DNA from: Eledone cirrhosa
Taxonomy: Eukaryota
Assembly: GCA_964016885.1 (NCBI GenBank)
Contig: CAXHJY010000988.1
Span: 62,001 to 126,000 of the forward strand
Length of the DNA stretch: 64,000 nucleotides
Reading direction: 5' to 3'
Shown: positions 54,501 through 64,000 of the stretch, piece after piece
How positions within the stretch are numbered: the stretch's first letter is position 1
Layout: each line of letters opens with the position of its first letter
Notes under the pieces: generated by a model
Database searches by the model: none
What the model was told of the DNA's origin: nothing
The model's input: the letters and a program-made list of their open reading frames with translations, nothing else
Program-made: the position numbers and the translations under genes

Positions 54501-57070
54501 ATTACTATCATTACTATCATTACTATAATTACTATTATTACTATCATTACTATCATTACTACCATTACTATTATTACTATCATTACTATCATTACTACCA
54601 TTACTATCATTACTATCATTACTATTATTACTATCATTACTATCATTACTATTATTACTATCATTACTATTATTACTATCATTACTATTATTACTAAAAT
54701 TACTATTATTACTATCATTACTATCATTACTATCATTACTATCATTACTATCATTACTATTATTACTATCATTACTATTATTTCTATTATTACTATCATT
54801 GCTATTATTAGTATCATCACTATCATTACTATTATTACTATCATTACTATCATTACTATTATTACTATTATTACTATCATTACTATCATTACTATCATTA
54901 CTATTATTACTATCATTGCTATTATTACTATTATTACTATCATTGCTATTATTACTATACATCACTATCATTACTATTATTACTATCATTACTATCATTA
55001 CTATCATTACTATTATTACTATCATTACTATTATTACTATCATTACTATCATTACTATTATTACTATTATTACTATCATTACTATTATTACTATCATTAC
55101 TATCATTACTATTATTACTATCATTACTATCATTACTATTATTACTATTATTACTATCATTACTATCATTACCATTATTACTATCATTACTATCATTACT
55201 ATCATTACTATCATTACTATCATTACTATCATTACTATCATTACTATTATTACTATCATTACTATCATTACTATCATTACTATTATTACTATCATTACTA
55301 TCATTACTATCATTACTATCATTACTATCATTACTATCATTACTATCATTGCTATCATTACTATTATTACTATCATTACTATCATTACTATCATTACTAT
55401 CATTACTATTACCATTACTATCATTACTATCATTACTATCATTACTATTATTACTATCATTACTATTATTACTATCATTACTATTATTACTATTATTACT
55501 ATCATTACTATTATTACTATCATTACTATCATTACTATTATTACTATCATTACTATTATTACTATCATTGCTATCATTACTATTATTACTATTATTACTA
55601 TCATTACTATTATTACTATCATTACTATCATTACTATCATTACTATTATTACTATCATTACTATCATTACTATTATTACTATCATTACTATCATTACTAT
55701 CATTACTATCATTACTTTTATTACTATTATTACTATCATTACTATTATTACTATCATTACTATCATTACTATTATTACTATCATTACTATCATTACTATC
55801 ATTACTATTATTACTATCATTACTATTGTCATTGCTATCATTACTATCGTTACTATTATTACTATAATTATTATCATTACTATTATTACTATCATTACTA
55901 TTATTACTATCATTACTATCATTACTATCATTACTATTATTACTATCATTACTATTATTACTATCATTACTATTATTACTATCATTACTATTATTACTAT
56001 CATTACTATTGCCATTACTATCATTACTATCATTACTATCATTACTATTGTCATTACTATCATTACTATCATTACTATTGTCATTGCTATCATTACTATC
56101 ATTACTATCATTACTATCATTACTATTGTCATTGCTATCATTAATATCATTACTATCATTACTATCATTACTATCATTACTATCATTACTATCATTACTA
56201 TCATTACTATCATTACTATCATTACTATTGTCATTACTATCATTACTATCATTACTATCATTACTATCATTACTATTGTCATTGCTATCATTACTATCAT
56301 TACTATCATTACTATTGTCATTGCTATCATTACTATCATTACTATCATTACTATCATTAATATCATTACTATCATTACTATTGCCATTGTTATCATTACT
56401 ATCATTACTATCATTACTATCATTACTATCATTAATATCATTACTATCATTACTATCATTACTATCATTAATATCATTACTATCATTACTATCATTAATA
56501 TCATTACTGTTGTCATTACTATCATTACTATCATTACTATTGTCATTGCTATCATTACTATCATTACTATCATTACTATTGTCATTACTATCATTACTAT
56601 CATTACTATCATTACTATCATTACTATCATTAATATTGTCATTGCTATCATTGCTATCATTACTATCATTACTATCATTACTATCATTACTATCATTACT
56701 ATCGTCATTGCTATCATTACTATCATTACTATTGTCATTACTATTGTCATTACTATCATTACTATCATTACTATTATTACTATCATTACTATTATTACTA
56801 TCATTACTATCATTACTATCATTACTATCATTACTATTGTCATTGCTATCATTACTATCATTACTATTATCATTATTACTATCATTACTATCATTACCAT
56901 CATTACTATCTTTACTATTATTACTATCATTACTATGATTATTACTATCATTACTATCATTACTATCATTACTATTATCATTATTACTATTATTACCATT
57001 GTCATTACTATTGTCATTACCATTATTATTATCCCTATTATTATTATAATTATTATTATTATAATTATTA
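45597..57070. repeat. 11.5-kb 9-bp minisatellite (ATCATTACT)n with variant units
   Basis: Continuous array; variants ATTATTACT, ATTGCT, ATCACT, ATTACC, ATTGTC. Confidence 0.97.
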
Positions 57071-57074
57071 TTAT

Positions 57075-57262
57075 TGCAGTATCAGTAGAGGGTCGGACGC
57101 CATGCTTTGAAACGTAGAGTTACGACCCTTTACGGTCTGAGTTAAAATCCCACCGAGGTTAACTTTGCCTTTCATCTTTACAGGGTCGATAGAATTAAGC
57201 ACCAGTAATGTACTGGGGTAATTGCTGGCCTTGTGCCAAAAGAAGAAATAATAATTATTACT
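57075..57262 (+). mobile_element. Family A SINE
   Basis: Matches family consensus. Confidence 0.85.
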
Positions 57263-57271
57263 ATTAACTTT

Positions 57272-57660
57272 TTCAGATTTCACTTGAAGAGGAAGATCCG
57301 GGTGGAGAGGGAAGTGTTGCTTTGCAACCAGTTTGTTGAACGGTGGGAGTGGCGAGCATGGCCGGTGTGAATGGGCCCGCCTTGAGCATACACCTGTAGA
57401 TTGGAGTAGAAAGATTAGGAGAGGGCACTTTGCCCTAGCGGACAGGGTGACCGTGGGCTTGTAGGATTTACACAAGTGACCCTTAGAGTCTCTTCACCTC
57501 TGGGGAAGTTGCTATGTTTGTTTTAAATATCTATTTTCTTAGTCTCTTTTATAAATTTTATTTTTACACAAAGAAAAACCCACACTGTATCGTCCTGTAC
57601 TGTCTTTAATGTTTCCTTAATGTGAGCCCTGTGGCTAATAAAGAAATCATTATTATTATC
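57272..57660 (+). mobile_element. Probable L1/Tx1-type LINE 3' end
   Basis: FRFHLKRKIRVEREVLLCNQFVERW, then UTR ending aataaagaaat(cat/tat)n. Confidence 0.45.
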
Positions 57661-57749
57661 ATTATTATTTTTATTACCATTATCATTATTATTATAATCA
57701 TTCTTTTTATACCAAAAACGAAATTAACTGAAATGCTTAAGCAAGAAAG

Positions 57750-57796
<47 letters not shown>

Positions 57797-58439
57797 CAAC
57801 AACAACAACAACAACAGCAGCAGCAACAACAACAACAACAAACCACAACAAACCAAACCAATACATACAGTTTATCACAAAACATAAAGTAACTATTAAG
57901 CTATACTCAATATGTGTATATATATTTTAAAGCAAGACAATTATCAACGTCTATGTCATGCAGTTATTTGTGAGAAACATTTCATGTCACTAATGATGGA
58001 ATTACACGAATTGTTTCACGTAGAAACAGTTTTTAATTTTGTCAGTTTTATTTTATCAGTTTTTTAAATTATTTTTTGTAAGTATGCTATCTGATTGTTG
58101 TGACCTCGCATGAAATATTCGAGTAACATAACTTTGTAGCTTCATGTTGGCAATGAAACAGACTCATTGGAACCAAAATAGCATTGATGAAAGTAACAGT
58201 TATGTAGTGGGAGTCGATATTATTGACTTTAAACTTTCCCAAAACATTTCTGGCCTTGTGCCAATGTTAGAAAGAATTATTTCCTGAAAAAAAAAACCCA
58301 AATTTATATATATATCATCATCATCATCATTTTATGTCCGCTTTTCCCTGCTTGCAAGGGTGGGACAGTAACCATCCCTCCCCTATTACATATGTCCGCA
58401 ATTTCTCCAAGCTTCCTCCCCCACCTCCCTAGTTCTAAG

Positions 58440-58730
58440 ACAAAGGTGCCCAGCCCACACTGTAAAGCGGTTGTGTCAGCAACACAACAAAAAGCACCCA
58501 GTCCACACTGTAATGTAGTCGGGTAGGTGACATGACAAAAAGCAGCCAGCACACACCGTAAACATGGTTGGCGTTAGGAAGGGCATCCAGCCGTCGAAAC
58601 AAGCCAAAATTTACCCCAGGTGAGCTAAAAATGATTCTCTGACCTGATTCTCTCCCTAAGGGTCAACCAGTCTTACCCATGCTAGCGTGAAAAATGGACG
58701 TTAAACAATGATGATGATGATGATGATGAT
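58440..58730 (+). mobile_element. RTE LINE 3' UTR fragment
   Basis: cccacactgtaa repeats, ggaagggcatccagc, ggacgttaaaca(atg)n. Confidence 0.75.
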
Positions 58731-58863
58731 ATATATATATCTCGGCGAAACTCCAGAGTAACAAAACTCACTATTTAGCCTTAATAAAATGAATATTGAA
58801 ACTCTACTTTGGTATTGAGTAAACTTTTATCTCATCTGTCAACTACATATGGATATATATATA

Positions 58864-59749
58864 CGAGGTGTGTCAGAAAAGTTCCAGGACTGATGTCACA
58901 AAAGATTTATTTCAAACCCTAACTTCACACTAAGAGTTTTCTCCTTCAAAGTAATCCTCCTGGAGTCTAATGCACTTTTCCATCCTTTTTTGCCACGCTT
59001 GCATGCACTCCTGGAAGGATTCTTTCGGGATCCTCCGTAGTTCCGTCATCACGGCCTTTTTGATGTCGTCCACATCTTCAAAACGGGTCCCCTCTGGGTC
59101 GTACTCAAAGATCCATGACTCATCACCGGTGATGACTGTCCTTAGCAAGTCTGGTTCAGTTTGAAGATGCTCGAGGATGTCCTGGCACACTTGCATGCGT
59201 CGACCCTTCTGGTCATCGTTCGGCAGTTTTGACACCATATTCGCACAGACTTTCCGTATGTCCAAATCTTCTGTGAGAATCTTCCAGACACTGTCCCGAT
59301 TCATGCCCAGCTCATTTGCCATCAGTCGAACAGTCAACCGACGATCGCTACGCACCATCTACCTGACGCGTTCAACGTTGACCTCAGTCCTGGTTGTTGA
59401 GGGCCTTCCGCTCCTGGAGTCATCTTGCCCCACTCAAAAACAGGTGAGCGTGACATCGTCTCATCTCCATACACTTGCTGCAGCAATCTCAGTGCTTCTG
59501 ACGGAGTTTTCCCCAACCGTACCAGAAACTTCAAGTTTGTTTGTTACTCTGTGCTCATTACTTGACGACCTGAAACAGAGGACATGTATATAAAATTATG
59601 AAGAAAAAAGTTTGATTGCTGCAGAGAGCTAAGATTACAGTTACATACTCCAGGGGGATTACTTTGAAGGAGAAAACTCTTAGTCTGAAGTTTGGGTTTG
59701 AAATAAATATTTTGTGACATCAGTCCTGGAACTTTTCTGACACACCTCG
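58864..59749 (-). mobile_element. Internally deleted mariner transposon with 103-bp TIRs
   Basis: TA|CGAGGTGTGTCAGAAAAG...CACACCTCG|TA; KFLVRLGKTPSEA (HTH), ITGDESWIFEYDPE joined directly to GTRFEDVDDIK..DYFEG. Confidence 0.92.
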
Positions 59750-60067
59750 TATATTGTTATACTTTGGGAGGGTCATGCTGCCAATAAAAACACACGCACC
59801 TGTTAGTTTTCACTTCAATTTCGCATAGGTGAAACAGCCCATAGCATAGGAGAAAGGATAAGTGAACACTGGTGAGAACTCCAGGACGGGAAAAACTCAT
59901 CAGTACTCCACCAACATGCCAAAATAGAACATAGGGGCACATTAGAGAATATAGAGATAAAAATGATATCCACACACAGAAGAGATGCAATGCTCAGATA
60001 TATTTAGTGTAGGCATAAATACAGTTCATAAGTCTTGCTTTGCAACATTTTATTCTTTCACATTTAA

Positions 60068-60267
60068 CCTTTTAGCATTTACGTTACTCTATATTTACTA
60101 TGGTATTTTCATGGTAAACTCTTTACCTCAAACAATTATCTCGCATAATATGGAATCTATGAAATTTTGATGTTATTTATTTTGAGAACAATACCTTAAC
60201 ATCAGTATGAGCAGCCAGTTACGGCCATTTTGAACAGAATGAGGTGAGAGGTTTAAATGCTAATGGG
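60068..60267. mobile_element. piggyBac-type MITE
   Basis: TTAA|CCTTTTAGCATT ... AATGCTAATGGG|TTAA. Confidence 0.75.
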
Positions 60268-61904
60268 TTAAACTAACATGAAAAATATTGTGTTATTCTC
60301 TTCACACGTAGAAAAACATAAGCGGTTTCATGGCTAATTAACTAACCATCAGAAAACGATTATCCTCATTCTTCTGTCATTAAAGGGAGCAACAATCAAA
60401 TACATCTAACACAATCCAAGTATAATTGAGATGGTCAGTCTAGTTTGCATAATGTGCATCTAGTGGCAGCATAATTAAGCTTCAATATTTCTTAAATTCA
60501 GAGTTTGTCTAACCTTTAACACACTAGTAAATTTTCTGAGTTATTTCCCTTGACACTGCACTATCTATTAAGGGGAGATTACTCTATGGTGCATTTTGTT
60601 GCCTCCAGCGCTCTAAAGATATTAAACTAGACACATCTTATATCTATATAGTAGTAAAGGTCTCCTAATTTACATAAAATCAGACAGTTAGCATATTCCT
60701 ATTAATCTGACAGCCATTAAGAACTTACTAATATACTAACACATTGTGAAAATTTGAAAACTGTATCTTTTATATATAGCAATAAGTAAAAGAACAGAAT
60801 ATAAAAGTAAAGAAAATAGCTTTCTATTTTTATTCTTTACCAATGTATAAATATATTGTGAATGACAATTGTCAATCATTATATAAGATATATTTTAAGA
60901 CTAATTTAACTATAATTTTTAATGTTTGAATTACTTGTATTCTAAACAATTCTATTTTTCTACTGTAGGTACAAGCATGACTGTGTGGTTAAGAAGTTCA
61001 TTTTGAAACCATGTGATTTTGGGCAGCATTCCATTGTGTGGCATTTTGAGTGATTATCTTCTAATACAGTCTTGAGTTGGCCATTGTTTTTTTTTTAATG
61101 AATTTGGTAAATGGAAGGTGTAGCTGATCTCAAATTACTGAGACTCGCAGAGGAGATGACAAAAATATTGAGGGATGCTGTGCTGAAAAGGACTCCTCCA
61201 ACCCATGCAAGCATAGAAAAACGGACATAAAAATGACAACGATGATGATGATGATGATATAGACAAATGAATTTATATCAATGTACAAAATATCGACTAG
61301 TTGCACCATAACTACTCAATGTAAATTTGATGCAAAAATATCAAAAACATAATCGATAATGATATGGATAAAACATTTTTAGTATTTTGCAAATGAATAA
61401 CATAGACCCAAGCAGAACGTTAAAAATTACATTACATTAGCAATATATATATATATCAAAATTATGCATACAAAATAATCAAGGAGGAGAAATAGGAGAT
61501 TAGTTGTGAGAAGGGCACAGTGTTAGATGCAAGACAAGCAAACAATGTGAGTAAGCCAGAGAAATAATGTCAAGCAAAAAATTGTATAAGCAGAGCTTTA
61601 ATACAGAAATTAAATATTAAAGAAAACAATACCAAATTCTTGAACAACTATATTTAATGGCTGACAGTTGTTTCGGAAACCATATCAGTATTCTGCACAT
61701 ACAGATGATAATTATCGATTATAAAATCAATAATAGTAAGTGATAACAAAAAGAAAAATTTGATATGGTAACCTCATTGGAGCCGAAAAGAAAAAATAAA
61801 CATAAAAATTCAAAAATACATGTCACTGAAAGTAGGGACTACAATAAATGTAAAACTTGAAGAATACCTGTCCACATATTAGAGATGTAAGTAAGATAAT
61901 AATG

Positions 61905-62625
61905 CATTAAAAAAATTTTTTTAAATTAACTTACTAAAATTTTCACTCCAACTAATTAGTTTCTGCAATGGGATAAAGACAGTTACGTAATAAACTGTTG
62001 AGAATTCATTGCATCATCGGTGAAAATTTTAGTAAGTAAGTTAATTTTTAAAAATTTTTTTAAAATTTTCTTATTTTACGTCTTTTATATTATTGTTCTG
62101 CATCCTCCTGCATTGAACCACCTAGGTACTATGACATAACCTGTGTATTTGCTGGCATTATCGTACATCTGTACGCATATGTTAGTAGATATACTAAATT
62201 CACTATATTTATCTCCAAATCACTTATTTGTTGAGCAAACCTGCCAAAACCACTACTAATTTTTTGGTGTGTTAGTAGGCTTCTGTCATCTTACCATCCC
62301 ACTCCTACCGACTAGCCTCAGTGTCACGTGATTGATTCTTTAGAATCTGCCATTTGACCAGTGACAGCGAGATTTTCAGTACATGGAATCCAGTCCCCGC
62401 TAGCTGTTCCATTTACCAAATTATTATTATTTTTATATGAGTCCCCAGTGTCTGCGCATTGCCTGGAGACTTAGCTGAGAATAGACCTTCCCGATGACGC
62501 AATGAATTCTCAACAGTTTATTACGTAACTGTCTTTATCCCATTGCAGAAACTAATTAGTTGGAGTGAAAATTTTAGTAAGTAAGTTAATTTTTTAAAAT
62601 TTTTTTTTAATTTTCTTATTTTACG

Positions 62626-62634
<9 letters not shown>
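61905..62634 (+). mobile_element. Non-coding 545-bp-period retrozyme-like element with inverted 5' copy
   Basis: Direct repeats 62020-62090 and 62565-62634; 61920-62020 is the inverse of 62491-62595; ends in (TA)n. Confidence 0.75.
62487..62565 (+). ncRNA. Hammerhead ribozyme with CCGAUGA core variant
   Basis: cttc CCGATGA c[gcaatg/cattgc]a GAAA ctaattag TT ggag. Confidence 0.7.
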
Positions 62635-62686
<52 letters not shown>

Positions 62687-62689
<3 letters not shown>

Positions 62690-62832
62690 TTCAGTAAAGT
62701 TGTTTTGGTAAAAAACAGGAGTAAGCAGGAGAAAGCTCTCTACATTCGTAGTATCAGGTTACGATCGAGATTCAGTATAAGAATAACATTGAGGAAGATG
62801 CTAATCACAGCATCTTTCTTAATATTATTCTT
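62687..62832 (-). mobile_element. Short fold-back cassette with tail between (TA)n tracts
   Basis: aagaataacattgaggaagatgct / agcatctttcttaatattattctt hairpin. Confidence 0.55.
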
Positions 62833-63599
62833 TTGTGTATATATATATATATCATCATCATCATCATTTTACGTCTGCTTTTCCCTGCTTGCAAGGGTGG
62901 GATATATATATATATTACTTAGTCCATTTACTTAGAATCCAATCTTTCAATTTTATTTGATAATTCTGTCAGACCCTCAAAAACAATCTTCTCGTATTTA
63001 AACACTGATTACTGTTATACATTCGTTTAAATTATGGTCGAATTTGTAGGTTTAGATTATAAAAATAACCTTCTCGTTAACTTTTTGGGGAACATTCTTC
63101 CTTCTTCTTCTCCTCTCCTCTGTCCCCGAGTGCATTGTTTATAAGCCTACAGGTCCTCTTCACACCCTCCCACTCTCTCAGCAAGTATAAAATGAACCTG
63201 TCGGTGGTCACAAATTTCAGAATTCTTCGAATCTTTATCCTTGCCGAAGGGTCGCTTGAGAAATGTAATGTATTTCACTCCATTTTCTTGTCTCTCCACG
63301 TTTTACTCAGTCCATTTACTTAGAATCCAATCTTTCAATTTTATTCGATAATTCTGTCAGACCCGCAAAAACAATCTCCACGTATTTAAACTCTTATACG
63401 TTCGTTTAATGACTTTCTCATATGTAAACACTGATTACTGTTATATGTTCGTTTAAATTATGGTCGAATTTGTAGGTTTAGATTAACTTCCCCATATCCC
63501 TCCCCCCGCCCCCACTCGCCACCATTATTATATGGTCCAATCATAATTCAGCGGCTTATATGTTTCTCTTACCAATCTCTTTCACAAAACCACCGCCTC

Positions 63600-64000
63600 G
63601 GCTATTCACTCCTTAAGTTTAAACCTGGTTGCCTTTGATATGCTAGATGGACTGTGGGATTCTGGAGAGTATGAAGAATCTGGACACTCAAATGACAATG
63701 TCAAAGATAAAGATAAATTCACCTCATGTTGCCAGACGAAAATGCAAGGATTACTCTTTATTTCGGCCGCGGATGACTAGCATAACCCCATCTCCCACAC
63801 CCCTCCCTACACCTCCAACCCATCCCTTCCACCCACCAAACGAAATCCAAAACTTCAGAGTTGGTACCATGAATGTAGGCACTTTAAAAGGTCGCTCTAA
63901 TGAGGTTGTAGAGATGCTTGGACGTAAGGAAGTTGATGTTTGTTGTGTCCAAAGAGACTAGGTGGAGGAGTGGGTCTGCTAGATTCATTGTGGGTAAAAA
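63600..64000 (+). mobile_element. RTE LINE 5' end (start of APE endonuclease), runs off window
   Basis: NFRVGTMNVGTLKGRSNEVVEMLGRKEVDVCCVQ; matches the family at 36780-36851. Confidence 0.85.

Noticed and set aside
45543-57117. ORFs of 3128-3811 aa (IIT, MIV, NDS repeats)
   Set aside because: Codons of this 9-bp unit are two substitutions from any stop, ORFs are open on both strands, and there is no unique domain, so long ORFs are expected without selection
63600-63770. Possible HDV-like ribozyme in the RTE 5' UTR
   Set aside because: Some RTE elements have one, but I could not assemble the double pseudoknot by eye; needs a descriptor search

Overview
AT-rich eukaryotic DNA made almost entirely of repeats. 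The SINE families and RTE tails suggest a coleoid cephalopod (octopod); this is an inference. No host protein-coding exon, rRNA, tRNA gene or CRISPR array can be supported, and nearly all long ORFs are microsatellite artefacts. The window holds degraded retroelements: an RTE-clade LINE (33.5-36.9 kb) with many 3' fragments, CR1, CRE and Tx1 fragments, a near full-length Neptune-type Penelope-like element (PLE, 40.5-43.6 kb) and fragments of a second PLE type with YRDD/YWDD RT. It also holds tRNA-derived SINEs, a long-TIR deleted mariner, hAT and piggyBac MITEs, a Helitron, a 38-bp satellite and an 11.5-kb 9-bp minisatellite. The main hidden signal is about 20 hammerhead-ribozyme (HHR) motifs (complete, half or decayed) from at least 10 sequence-unrelated families. 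Most lie in small non-coding fold-back or ~540-bp direct-repeat cassettes inserted into (TA)n tracts. Many cassettes share a covarying NCTC...GAGN hairpin just beyond their terminal boundary. This looks like a (TA)n-targeted PLE/retrozyme system. Coordinates were read by eye and may be off by a few bases.
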